A DNA stretch of 48,194 bases from NCBI GenBank assembly GCA_008632985.1, contig QPGO01000016.1:778840-827033 (forward strand), in the 5' to 3' direction. The notes beneath the pieces are model-generated. The model searched no databases. It was given only the letters and a program-made list of their open reading frames with translations, and was not told the origin of the DNA. Of the stretch, positions 36,196 through 48,194 are shown piece by piece. Position numbers and translations under genes: made by a program. The stretch is from Psammoneis japonica (Eukaryota). The stretch's first letter is position 1. Each line of letters opens with the position of its first letter.

Positions 36196-37708
36196 GGACA
36201 GCTTGCCGAGTTTCATTTTTGGCATGCCAGCAGAAATTCAACATGTTTCTGCATTCGACAGTTTCTCGTGCATGCGTGCAAAAATCACGAACTCTGCGAG
36301 CTCCAACACGAGAACAACATGAAGCACGAAGAGGCATCAACAGAGCTGATGGCGTTGCCAATGCACTGTGAATGCTGAGCAAAAATGCCAACATGTCATT
36401 GTCACATGGCACACAGATGATTGGTCTGTCAACAGACAAAATGAATCACCTTCAAAGCTGGTCAGCAGCTTCAATGGACTGCACAGCTGTTTGCGTGTTG
36501 TCAGGTCATCTGCATCGCCCACTTTGAATCATTCTCAGATCATGACCACAGCCAACTCCTCCACCAATGTTGCTGATGTCTTCTCTGTCAAGTTGTTGTT
36601 CAATTCCATCAATTTTCTCTGCAGCAGAAGAGCAAATGACGAGACTTCCAGCTCATCCAACAAGATGACAATGCCGCCGACTTGACAACGCTCCAGCATT
36701 TCTATTTCAGTCACAGATTTGTCATGTGACTGGTTGACATCCACAACCAGTGATCGTCTCAGAAGCATTGCTTGTTTGTGCCCACAAAGCAGAGCCATCT
36801 AAACTGCTGCTGCATGGAGAAAAGGACAACAAAGCAACCACTCGCAGTTCCTGCCACAGAGAGCAACATTTTCAGAGACAGCCCTCCTTGGGCTCAGGCT
36901 AAATTCACTGTCATGCCACCAATTTAAGCTCTTCTCAGTTGTCCATGCCGGTTGTGTTTGCCACAACACTGCTTGAGTAACTTCCAATGGGGCCAACGCG
37001 TCATTTGCTTTTCTTGCATCCACAGAAACACATTCAAGGTAAGTCCTCCTTGGGCTCCAGCTAACTCCACCATCATGCCACCACATTGGGAACTGCTGAG
37101 TGTTCCACACCGCATGCTGACGTCATAAAATGCTGCTAAAGATGCTTCAAATGGGGCCAACACATCATCACAATTCCAACACCGACCATTGCACGTCGCA
37201 CTGGTGCGTCAAGTTGACAAGTCCTCCTTGGGCTCCAGCCAACTCCACCGTCATGCCACCACATTGGGAACTGCTGAGTGTTCCGTGCCGCATGCTAACA
37301 TCATAAAATGCCACTAAAGACACTTCAAACAGGGCCAATGCATCGTCACAATTCCAACACCGACCATTGCACATGCGTCGTGTTGATGGGTCCAACGGCG
37401 TCTTTTCATGGCGAAACAAAACCCCTGCAACTCTGTCACGACCGGTCATTTTATTGAGCCAATTGTCAGCAACATTCTAAAACTCCGTGGCAAGGGAGAC
37501 ATGATGTGGCAAGATGGCGTCAGAGTGCAAACAATGCCATTGCATTGTCACCATTGTGAGTGCGGCATGCACGGGCAGGTCGCCGCACAAATTTGAATGA
37601 GCTGATGGGTCCAACTGCCATTTCAGTGCAAACTGGCGTAGAAACTTGCATGCACAGATCTACACAACTTTGCACTGGCATGCCAAAAATGAACTCGGCA
37701 AGCTGTCC
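36196..37708. mobile_element. Non-autonomous DNA transposon (about 1.5 kb, about 35-bp TIRs starting GGACAG) nested in LINE ORF2
   Basis: ggacagcttgccgagtttcatttttggcatgccag at 36196 vs ctggcatgccaaaaatgaactcggcaagctgtcc ending at 37708; removing it rejoins HMLRCPN to (N)EQWRRKF. Confidence 0.85.
37041..37373. repeat. Internal tandem duplication, period 178 bp
   Basis: aagtcctccttgggctccagc... starts at 37041 and 37219. Confidence 0.85.
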
Positions 37709-39365
37709 ATTTGGACACCGAAGCATGTGGTCCCTGTCTTCCATCGGATGCTCACGTGCAATGCATTGGTGCGGTCGAACTGGGTTGCATCGATTTGCGA
37801 TCTTGTTGGTCGGCAGCAAGTCATGGACCAGTTTGACTGCATTAACACGCTGTTGTGAATGACGTTTCACCAGAACCGCGCGAGCATTCCAGTCGACGAG
37901 GTCGACCACTGAAGGATCCCATTTGTTCCTTTCAACAATGTGTTGCATCAATTCAGGAGCAGCAGCTGTGTGCCGAATTTGTTTCTTGTAATTCGTCGTG
38001 ATTGCACCCCCGTCAATCTCCAGATGCGAGTGGCAATGTGTCAGGCACTTGACCTGATTCGTGTCGTGCAGGCAATGTCCTTGGTGAGCTCCTGCCAATT
38101 TGTCCGCTCGGATGTTAACTCTGGCATTTAATGGCAATGAGTGGACGGGAGTTTGCCTGTCTTGATGTCCTTTTACCCATCGCACTGGAGGCAGAGCAAG
38201 ATCGGCTGTGTCCGACAGTTGTGTCAAAGCTTGCTGGGTGTGGAGGATCTCATTCAAAACATCCCAATCCGGAGCGACAGCATTGGCCCCATGGCAGTGA
38301 ACATGAAAGTCGTGTTGTTTGTGTGCTTCGTTCTCGGGATCACTCACCGGTGGGATGGGAGTCAATTTAGACAAACAGTTCACCAGTGCTTTGTTGTCGC
38401 AATGAATCACTGCATCAAAAGGAATGGTGGTGCGGCAGCATTCGCACAGCCGGCAGATGAATCTTGCAATGGACAGAATTCCGCAAGCTTCTGCTTGGCA
38501 AGAGGACGGAGTCTTTCCAAAAACTGGCCCTGCACAATCCACCAGTGGTGTGCCATCCATGGCAATGGTCCACCCAAAGGTGGCTCCATCTTGGACCGAT
38601 CCATCACTGCCTGCGGTGAGATGAGACGAAAGAAAGTGTTGAGCCACTGTTCGAGGAGAAACATGAAATGCCAAGTCTTCAAATGGCACAAATTCCCACT
38701 CATCGAGGCCCTGAAGATGCAACAGAAAGGACTCTGGAGTGATCGGAGAGTGGAAAGCGGTCAATGAAGTACGCGGGATCTCGAAATGCCATCGTCCATC
38801 CTCAATGGCAGACACCTCAACTGGGCAAGAAGAATCGGAAGGAAGTGGTGCTGTCTCTGTCTCTCTGACAGAATCAGTGATGGTCCTGTTTGCTTGAAAC
38901 ATGTCACAACTGGTTGGAGAGCGTGCGTGCAAACATTCCTCGGATGGAGAAAAGCATGCAGTCGATTGCATTCTCATCTGGGACGGTGGTGGCAGCCAAT
39001 CTCCTGGGGGTTCCTTTGAACGCAGTGACTTCGGATGGCACAGGGCTGAACAAAATTTCTTCCAGACTTTCCATGCTCGCTGGCATGGCTTGCACTGCTC
39101 GACATTGTTGAGTGCACTGACACTGCTTTGCGAGGACGGCTCCCCTTGTGCTTTTGACCCATCCAGCGTCATTCCATCCGAGAGAGCAATGTCTGAAACA
39201 GATGAGACTTTCAGGTGCAGACGGCAACAGTTTAGCCACCGGATCTCTCGCGCGGCAAAGGACTGGGAATGCAAAGCAATGTCCATCAAATGCTGGTCAT
39301 CATCTTGTTGAAGTGGAAGGACCCCGTTGTGGCGTAGAAACACCCGGCCGTTGATCTGCTGTAAA

Positions 39366-40062
39366 CTACAGAAAGAATAAACAGGCGTCAGACGCCAGTT
39401 TCCTAGCGTTTTACCGGTAAAATAATTATGTAGAAATTGCGTACAATTTTAAAAAAGAGATAAGGTTGGATCGAAAAATGCGACAGAGACGCACAAAAAC
39501 GCGACACAACACGACAAGCGACAATGGCGACCATGTGGGGATGAAAACAATATCCACACTAATTTCAGGCATACTGTAGTAACAATATAAACATGATAAG
39601 TGTAACTGATACAATATTTGGCTCACTGGTGTCTATCTAATAGCTCTAATCGATCATTCGAGATGATGCCATTGTCATCAATATCCCGTATTGTTGCTAC
39701 GCGTAATTCACGTAGAAAATTGCAAAAAAAGCCATTGACAACGATGCTCTGAAATCAACCACAAACTGCATCCAGAGTCAATATGGGCACACATCTATAC
39801 TTGTTACTCGCCATACGACATATCTAATGCGTTTCGTCCCACAAAAATTAGTCAATAGCGTCACCGGCGGCACGCCATTGTCAGCATCGAATGCCGTACA
39901 AAAAGCACGGGGACGACGGAAATCGACTTCTTCTGTCGCATTTGTCTGTCTATCGCCCGTTTGTCTCGTAGAATCTACGAGAAAGTTCCCATACATTTTA
40001 CGGTCTGTCCATGCTTCATCTGACGCCTGTTTATTCCTGACAACCGTTTGTTCTGCGCGTAG
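39366..40062. mobile_element. 697-bp non-autonomous DNA transposon, piggyBac-like end structure, TAAA TSD
   Basis: taaa|CTAC...GTAG|taaa; perfect 18-bp subterminal inverted repeat 39375-39392 / 40019-40036; excision restores LINE frame RWLASVRLFL-QQINGRVFLRH; hairpin tctcgtaga-a-tctacgaga at 39964-39982. Confidence 0.88.
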
Positions 40063-43000
40063 TAAAAACAACCTAACAGATGCGAGCCATCTAGATTCCA
40101 TGTGAGGCAATGCGGCATCGACGTCCCACAAGAAACTCTCACCAGTTCCCAAGTTCAGTTGGATCCACGCTACGGTGACATGAAGAAGCTTGTGCGGTTG
40201 ATCCTCCCCGAGCTGCAAGTGTTCGACCCCTCTCGAGTGCTTCAACAATTGTTGCAGTTGGGCCACTCCTTGCTCGACGTCTGGTGATCGAAACCCGCCT
40301 CCCCCGAGGGATTGCGGTCCATACAAGATTGCCTGTTTGGTGTTCCTGTTGCACCCGCATTTGGCGAAAATCGTCTGCATGGCCTTCTGTTGGACCTGTT
40401 GGAGTTCTTTGGGGAGGAAGTTTGAGTTTGCCAGCGCGCATGTCATCAAAGACAAATGACAAGCATGACAGCACCGCCATGTTTCTCTTCTGTCCAAAGG
40501 ACACGATCGGAGAAATGGGGAAACTGTGTCACTCTTGTAGAGCAACTTCTTCAGTTGAGTCTTCTGTGTTCCTGTCGGAGCCACACAGTGTCCCAAGGTT
40601 TTGTGAGGCGCACATGCAGACAATTGCGCACTGCACCTGGAAGCAGAACGATCTGCAGAAAAGATTTCCATGTCGATGTCATCGTGGCAAGGGCGGATGC
40701 ACAGTTCGCCACATTCCGTGAAGTCCCACTCGATGGCATGGAAAGAACATTTTGGCAATTCTAGTTCATGCCCGGCCGCATCCAGTGGATCACCCCACAG
40801 CTGGTTGTCCGATTGTAGAGATTGAGACAACTCGAAAGCAGAAGGCTGAGGGCTGGCTCTGAAGTTGTTCACTTGCTCAGAAGTGTCGTCGACATGTCCT
40901 CGGTTGAAAACTCGAACACAAAACTGTCCGTCCAGGGTTTCGAAATGTGATCCGACAGCTTCGGCATCGAAAATGTCAAAGAGTCTGCTGCACAGAGTGT
41001 TCCAGTGCCAGGGAGAATTTCCACTGCCTTGTCCTGTTCCACACAAAGGATGCTCAGAGGAATGAGAACAACGTCAATGGGTGAGTCCCAAGAGAGTGTG
41101 CAACCAGCAGCGCGCATGATGCAAAGTCGCCATGTTGACTTTGGCTGCTCTCTCGTGCATGCCATCGCTCTTCGCACACAATCCGACAATTGCTGGGATG
41201 TTCCTGTCGCAGCAAGAAGTGCAATCGTCGTCGCTGGTTAGCGAAGTCTTCCTGGAAACGCGTGAAATCTCCATCATCAGATTTTCAAGAAACACTGGTG
41301 TTTGAGCGGAGAGGAATGATCTGCATCCGTAGATCCCTGGGTTGTGCATGCAATGGTGCTCCACATGTTGAGCTAACTCTCGCCACTTGACTCTTGCAAT
41401 CAATTGGAAATCTGCCTCGTAAACATGAATCACTTGCAATCTGTGAATCTTGTCATTGCCTGGTTCTTTGAAAATCATCACATTCACAATGTCTTTCCAC
41501 CGTTCGTACGAGTGGCCCCACTTCAGAGCGTAATTAATCAAGTTGAGCCGCATTGCCACAAGAGACTGTTGAACCAAATCCAGCAGTTCTTTCCGCTCGG
41601 ATGGATTCCTGTCGTCGTCGTAATCAGATGCATGAGAATGAGGAGCATGCACAGCTTTCCAATGCCCCAAATGAATCCCCAATTTCAATGATGCAGAGGT
41701 GGATTCAGACCACAATGCAATCTTTGACCGCAGGGCTTCAGGAGACAGGGTGTTGGGAACTGCTGGGGGTGTGCGTCGTCGGAGATGCTGGATCAGTGAT
41801 GATGCAGCCCGGTTCAGTTGCTCCGTTTCACGTTCACTGTCTAAGATCAGATCAGCCATGACAGCATCTCCTTCATGTCCAAGATCCACTGACAAGGGAG
41901 GAACCGTGGGAGGAGTTCCGTGTGCCTGTCCGAAATGGCGTTGATTGCGGTGCTGAAGTGCGGATTCGACGTCGTCTGGGGCGTCTGTTGTCGTCCAATT
42001 CTCACATGTCTTAGGATCATCTCGAGGATCTGCTGGAATTTGAACAGCTCGCATGCTGGAATCTTCTGACTTTTTACACGCGTTGATTTTCCGAAAGACT
42101 CGCTTGGTTTCTTCGGCACAGCGTTGGTTTCGCAGCATTCGGGCTTTCGCCTTCGACTGTTTCGTACATTCTAGCTCGAGTTCTGCGGTCCGTGCATTTC
42201 TTTCTTCTTCACGGTGTTTCTGACTCTCTCGTGCGACTTGACGGCACTCTGACTGAGCTTTTTGAAGTGCGGTGGCACATTCCTGCAATGTCAATGGAAG
42301 AACAAAGGAATCTTTAAGATCAAATTTGGCACGCAGAATTGTGGGAACCATGTTCACTTCATTGCGGAACATGGACATCATCCTGGACAATGCGAAGATC
42401 TGTTGTCGTAAGTTGGCCAATTTGGCAGACCATTCCGGCTCTTTGCACTTGCGACAACATTTGGCGGATGCCAAGGAGAACTGCAGCATGTCTCGATCAA
42501 GTCTCTCTGCCAATTTGTGGCCAGGCATCTCGAGCTGCATCAGTGATTCGGCACGTTCTCTGACATTTCGACTTTGTGGGAGGGGTGCCACAGTCTCGAG
42601 GCAGGCAGTGACATGCTTCGGAGAGTTCGCCAGCAAGTCGCGGTGTTCCGCACGAGGTGAATCAACTGTGGGGTTGCCAAACAATGCAACAGCATCGAAA
42701 TCAACAAAGCAGGCGTGGTGATCAGATGAAATCCGATGCCCGAAGGACTCGCACCCGCAAAATCTTACCGCAGCAAGGGCTCCTGGAGCAGCTAGAATGT
42801 GGTCAAGTCGACGAGTTCCTCTCATGCAAGTGGAAAAGTCCAGATCTTCGTGGTGAAAGCACATCACGTCCGACATGTTGAACCGTTGCGCCATGGAAGC
42901 CAAAGCATCGTCATCAGTTCGAAAGTCTGCATTGAAATCTCCAAACAACACAACCTCCCGATTGGGATCATCAAGAAACCATTCCACAATGCGAGTTAGA

Positions 43001-43849
43001 TCCGCACAGAATGATCGCCTCGGGTCTGGGTTAGCGCGTCCCTGTTGTCGAAGCAGAGCAACTTGTTGTGCACATGCCGTTGTTTTGCCTGCCACAGAAG
43101 AATTTGAGCAAACTCTGCAACACGACACGGACATCACCTGTCGTCCTTGGCATCCGTCGAACATTTGAGTGGACCATCGACCAAGAGGATCATCATGCTG
43201 AGTCCGGCATCGAGACGAAAGGGAATTACAAGAGAACAGGGCGGCACCTCCAGGCTTGTACGGAGTAGAAAAAGCAGTCTTGGAGGAGGACAAAGTCAGT
43301 CTGCCATGATGAAGGGATTTACGAACGGTCTTCGCACAGCTCTGTCAGACTTGGCATTGTGTTGCATCTAAACAAGTTTCCGAAATTCCGACGACATCAG
43401 CTTGGATTTCCACAGCCACCTGAGAACAGGTTGAAATCTCCGCCCTGGAGGTCATGGGCACATCCATTGGCATTAAAAGTGCACAAGCGCGTGTGGTCGG
43501 GGGACTTCGGGGTGAGGGGGTCGCCAATCGGGTCGTTTTCTTTCAAAGTCAAGTGGTCAACAGCACTGGAAGGGGGGGCACAACTTCGTCCTGACAATGT
43601 CTGGGTCCACTGCTGAGCAGCGGGATTGCCTGCTGCCGAAGGGGCGTCACCCCTGGGTGTTTGGCCATGCTTTCTCAAAGAAAGACTGAGAAGTGCGACG
43701 AGCGCATGCGTCTTGAGATGATGGCAGGTTGGATGACTGGGCCTGCCTTGGGAAAAAACCAAATCATCTTGTGCTGCATCGTCCATGGCAGCATCATTGG
43801 GAGGATGTTGAGAAGAGGATCCTGCTGGAGCAGAGAGAGCGGGTTTCTT

Positions 43850-45397
43850 TCACTGGGGGGATGGGGCACCCTGGGTGGACATGGATGAAATTTTTTCTTG
43901 AATCAAGGTTTGAAACTTGGCAGCGAGTTGCTCTGGGGAAGCTTGGTGTTGTTGCTCCAGTTGTTCTAGCCGCCGATCCTGCTCCTGGTGATGTTGAAGT
44001 GCCATCTGTTTGAGTTCTGCCATTTCATTGGTGCGTGAAGTCAGTTCAGAAGTGGGGGCAGCTCTGGGAACTGCCGCGGTGGTGGAACCTTCCAATGCTT
44101 GAGCAAATGTTTGGAAACCTCCGTGAATTCCTGCGTTGCGCGGAACCGGCAGAAGGGATGGTTGAGTTGCAACTTCTACAGGAGCCTGAGAATCCGATGG
44201 TGAGACATCAGAGATGTCGAGAGATTTCCAACTTTGGATGCTGGCCGATGCAATTGATTGCACCGTGTCGGAAATGTCATCGTTGACACCCGGAATCACA
44301 GGATGGGGTTGGCGAACAAGCGGCACTTCATTTTCCGGAAGATCGTTCGTCCAACTGGGGAGATGCTCACCAACATGTTCTCGGACCTGGCGAAAACACT
44401 GTTTTTCCACAAGGACATTGCACCTGGGAACCGAAGTTTTCTTTTTCGAAGGGACAACGTCCACTGCTCCCTGGATCTGGGAAATGGTGTCTGACATGTA
44501 AAAGTGCATCCCGTCTGTGCAGCGAAGCAATGGGATGACGTGAGTTTTTGCAGAGGTTTTTCGTTGCTTCCGCACTGCTTTGTTGAATTGTTCAGGTTGA
44601 GTGTGTCGCCAATGGGTGAAAATTGCTGCCAAAGGGTGGTCTTTCAGCACTTCCATCAGGGCGGCAATGGTGTCCTTGGCGCGGTCTCGGGGTGCTTCGA
44701 TTGCACAAAAGGTCGATTTGATGTCTTTGTCAAGTGGGGAAGAGGCTGACTGGACAATCAAATGGAAGGGAACTTTGGAGCAAATGCGGGCAGGTAAAAT
44801 CGACACAAGTCGTTTCTGGATGATGTCCGCAGGGCAGTGTTTCGGTGTGTGATCCAAGAGGAGAGCAACGCGGGACAAATCAATGGTGGTCTCATCCCAT
44901 TCGTGATGATGCATGTAAATGCCGTTGTCTTTCAGGACTTTGTGTGCGAAGGGAATGTTCCTGATTTCCGTCAAGGTCAGAGCCATGCGAATGCGGTGGG
45001 CGATGATGCATGTTGGTGACCGACGGCGGGAACCTCCCACACGGTGTGCAACAAAATGTTGTGAGTGTTTCAATCCAGAGTTCCATTCAACGACGTTGAC
45101 ATCGGGAACGTCAATTCCGCGGTTCGACATGATGGAGATTTTATGGGTCAGGGGATCTTGAGATGCCTTTTGCTGAAGGGCATGGAGGATGGTGGCATGT
45201 CCCATTGCTGAGACCGCAGAAGCGTCATCTTCCGCCAGTGTCAACTCGAAACGGATGGCAATCTCTTTTGGGCCAATCACATTGCTCTTTTTCGAGCCAG
45301 TTCTCGTTGGGGTTGATGGAGCAAGATCCACAATGGGGGGTGGATCAGGAGGAGGGGCGCCGGCAGGGCCAGCCTGCGGTGGAGGAGGGGTCGTCAT
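43850..45397 (-). pseudogene. LINE ORF1
   Basis: Long ORF (MTTPPPPQ...) directly upstream of APE-containing ORF2; Tyr-poor and His/Cys-enriched like the rest of the element. Confidence 0.75.
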
Positions 45398-46002
45398 GGT
45401 GACGGCTGCTTGGTGCAAAAAGCTCGTAGAGTTCCACGTAGAAACGACTAATGTGTGCTTACGTAGAAAAGTGCAGCACAAAGAACAGGTTGATGACAAT
45501 GAGTGGCCCCACAAAGACACATCTGCTGCCATTCTTGGGCCAGTGTTGTCTTGTCCTCATCGTCGTGGAGAGAAAGAGCCAGCAGGGATGTGTGTGTGGC
45601 ACGGGACATGTGGCTGTGGGGATGGCCTGCCGTCTTGGTCAATGGAGATTTTTCAGCATGCACAACAGGCATGTCAATTCAACAGTTGATTCTATGTTGC
45701 TCGTAGTTCATGGCACGGACAGGAAGGGATCGGTCATTCAACCAGCCAAAAACAAATCGATTTTCGAGATCGGGCGGGGCAGGCGAGGTTGCAAATTGGA
45801 GGCGAGGACGGACGTTAGACAGACGTCAATTTAATTGACTGTGTCTGCTCGCTTTGAGCTTGTGGCATTTGAGCGATGTCAGATGATTGAAGATGTCAAT
45901 CGACATCACCCGACGACAGAACAACAGAAGAAGTTGACAACAAACAACAAACAACAAAAACATGAGCCACACCATTGTAACTCAACTTTATGAGAGCGAA
46001 CG

Positions 46003-46881
46003 ATGATTGATAATCTCCAGAAGTTGCGCCTACTCCCTCCTCCTTGCAATGAGCTGGTCCCGCTCTTGTCGACGATTGCCATCTTTTCTTCCATCCTCTC
46101 GTTGCTGTTGGATCCGAAACAAAAAGGTGATGTTCTCTCTCTATTCCAAGAGAAGTTGGTTTGGGGATCCTTTACAGTGTACATGGCCGTCTACTGGGGA
46201 TATTCCTTGCTGATTCACATTGCGGAACATTCATTTCCCGAGACGCTTCGCAACTTCAAGATTCAACCCAAGGTTCCCATTGCGTCGTGGTCCGAAGTGT
46301 TCAAAATGGTACCCTTGGTGCTGTTGAACCAAGCGCTTTTGGGACCACCATTGCTGAAGGCACTGTTCTATTGGTTATCTCAGTGTGATGTGGATGTGTT
46401 TTCATGGCCAACTGTTCCACGGTTTGCCTCCATGATGTTGCTTTGCGTGCTGTGCGCCGAGGCATGGTTCTATTCTGCTCATCGTCTCATGCACACACCC
46501 TTTCTGTACAAGAACGTTCACTATTTACACCACTATTACAAGGCGCCATCCTGTCTGGAATCCGTCTACGTCCATCCAGTGGAGTTTATTCTCAATTCAT
46601 TCACCGTTATGCTGGTGGGTCCATTTGTTGTGAGAGCTCCCCTCGTTGTGGCGATTTCGTGGATTGCACTGGGTACATTTCTGCAGGTACACGATCACTC
46701 GGGCTATTGGTTTCCCTTTTTACCACGTGTTCTTATGCACGACTATCATCATCAGAAAATTCGATGCTGTTATGGCATACTTGGCTTACTGGACAAGGTG
46801 TTTGGAACCGACATTGGACTGGATCAATTTGTCAAGGAGCACGAGGAGTCGAGCATGAAGCCCTCCAGAAAGGCCCAGTAA
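46003..46881 (+). CDS. Fatty acid hydroxylase / sterol desaturase superfamily membrane protein (FAXDC2/ERG25-like)
   Basis: His boxes HRLMH, HYLHH, HDHS and HDYHH; YVHPVE; hydrophobic segments; 292 aa. Confidence 0.9.
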   Translation: MIDNLQKLRLLPPPCNELVPLLSTIAIFSSILSLLLDPKQKGDVLSLFQEKLVWGSFTVYMAVYWGYSLLIHIAEHSFPETLRNFKIQPKVPIASWSEVFKMVPLVLLNQALLGPPLLKALFYWLSQCDVDVFSWPTVPRFASMMLLCVLCAEAWFYSAHRLMHTPFLYKNVHYLHHYYKAPSCLESVYVHPVEFILNSFTVMLVGPFVVRAPLVVAISWIALGTFLQVHDHSGYWFPFLPRVLMHDYHHQKIRCCYGILGLLDKVFGTDIGLDQFVKEHEESSMKPSRKAQ

Positions 46882-48194
46882 ACGAGCCTCTACTGTACTC
46901 GACTACAGGTTACTCACAAGTTGCCTGCTTGCTTACTTTATGTAACACCACAAACTTTGTGGATGCTCAGTGCAGTTCTTACAAGGACAACGTGAGAGCA
47001 ATAATTCACATTCTACTCCAACTTCCAGCATATACGGTAGTCTTAGGTGCTGTGGTAGTATCCAAGGGAGCACTTGTAGATTAAATTTGAGACCAGAAAC
47101 AGCAAGTCGGTAGCAATCGGATGGCACTGCTTTCTGGGTTATCTAATTACAAACAGCTTTAATACCTGGGATCACAACAGCAATAAACTACTATCGAAAG
47201 AGTTGCCTATACAACCCTACATTTCGCTTTTCTTTTTGCCCGTCACTTCCTTTTAATGCATTTCATCGTGCTCTGCTGTCCAGTCCGACAACCCATCTTT
47301 AATTCGAAAACATCCCTTCTCTGGTGGGATGGCGTGCAAGTCACGCTGCGCCACATTGTAGTCAGCACCATGCCTGCATGGGGCAGAACGTGCCATCGAT
47401 CGGGAGCCCACGAATTTCAACATTGAAATTTCACGGCACGCTGCGCATCAAATGTTGCTCTCTTGCAGCAATCAACTGCATTACCTGGCATCATAATGTT
47501 GTGTCACCTGCTCTCTACTGTGCTGTACCGGTAGCTCTAGACTACTCTAGAGAAGCTCTCTCTACTCTCTAGAGAGAGTAGTTCTACGGTACTACGGTAG
47601 CTACCGGTAGAGAGAGAAGTGTGAACCAAATGGAAAAGATTGTCTTCTTGTCGGTTCTTTTGAAAAAAGACGGGGTTGCCCGATCCACCCAGGAACGCAT
47701 CTTCTGTGTGGCAGTCTATCCCCAGCGCAGCGTGCGAAAAGCGCGAGGCCCGTCATGCGATGCCAGATGCCATTTTCAATTTGTCAATGGCGTCTACGAG
47801 CTTTTGTAGATAGAGACTGTGCAAACCCTAATCATGTGGTTTTCCTTAAAGGAGAGCACACGTTTGCTCTGGCTATGTTTGATTTGCTCCTTGAATGCGT
47901 CATACCCTGCCAGAGTCGAGTCGGATGGTCGCCGCATGTTGCTTCAACAGTTGCATCCAACAACAATCGCTTCTTGTTTGGACGGTATTATTTTTGCAGA
48001 GGAGGAGGGCAGTGTCCACCACCACCTCCTCCTCCGCCGAGATCAACAGCACCAATGGCTTCGACTGTCTCTCGTAGTTTTGTAAAACGAAAACAACCGC
48101 TGCAGCCTCCACCGCCACCCAGAACAAGCATACCACATCATACTTCTGCAAATTGCAAGCCCCAAACGACGCGCATTCGACCGCCTCCGCCACG

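Larger units (their letters stand above)
35540..43560 (-). pseudogene. LINE ORF2, broken by frameshifts and two insertions
   Basis: APE: TFNANG, GISET, GDFN, SDH; RT: GTGQGSGNSP, HVDD; RNase H: SDGS, AEACG, HCDN, WVKGHQD, NIRADKLA; knuckle C...EDRDHMLRC. Confidence 0.9.
34951..45758 (-). mobile_element. Near full-length non-LTR retrotransposon (Ambal-like LINE: ORF1 plus APE-RT-RNaseH-Zn knuckle ORF2) with two nested insertions
   Basis: Domain motifs in ORF2; both ends delimited by homology to the short derivative at 31914-32538. Confidence 0.88.

Noticed and set aside
32960..37373. CRISPR-like or DGR-like repeat pairs with adenine-specific differences
   Set aside because: They are simple two-copy tandem duplications; differences occur on both strands in TA/CG context across all repeats, with no template/variable repeat asymmetry
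1..45758. Classical fungal RIP as the cause of repeat decay
   Set aside because: RIP converts CpA to TpA and enriches TA; here TA is lost and CA/TG gained
47819..48194. Gene at the right edge of the window
   Set aside because: Only short ORFs with no recognisable motif; truncated by the window end

Overview
Eukaryotic window, most likely a pennate diatom (inferred from the Ambal-like LINE, the Gypsy gag type, compact genes with short 75-115 bp introns, and gene content). It alternates between TE-rich blocks (about 1-11000 and 27050-45900) and gene blocks (about 11000-27000 and 45900-end). Genes: a small unknown ORF, a Pro-rich membrane protein, a vWA-domain protein with one in-frame TGA, a frameshifted membrane protein, a BPNT/IMPase-family phosphatase, a CENP-E-like kinesin-7 and a fatty-acid-hydroxylase/sterol-desaturase family gene. 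TEs: a full-length Ty3/Gypsy element (431-bp LTRs, CACC TSD), a near full-length APE-RT-RNaseH LINE carrying two nested DNA-transposon insertions, a short bipartite derivative of that LINE family, two copies of a MITE, and a 1.2-kb GAGT/GACT microsatellite. The main signal is that the repeat blocks have almost entirely lost the dinucleotide TpA, converted to TpG or CpA (A-to-G on either strand). Conserved Tyr codons became Cys/His, TAA/TAG stops disappeared, and the two LTRs differ mainly by reciprocal TG/CA swaps, while neighbouring genes are untouched. This looks like a repeat-targeted, post-integration A:T-to-G:C hypermutation system, the chemical opposite of fungal RIP, layered on ordinary CpG decay. 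No candidate enzyme is encoded in this window.
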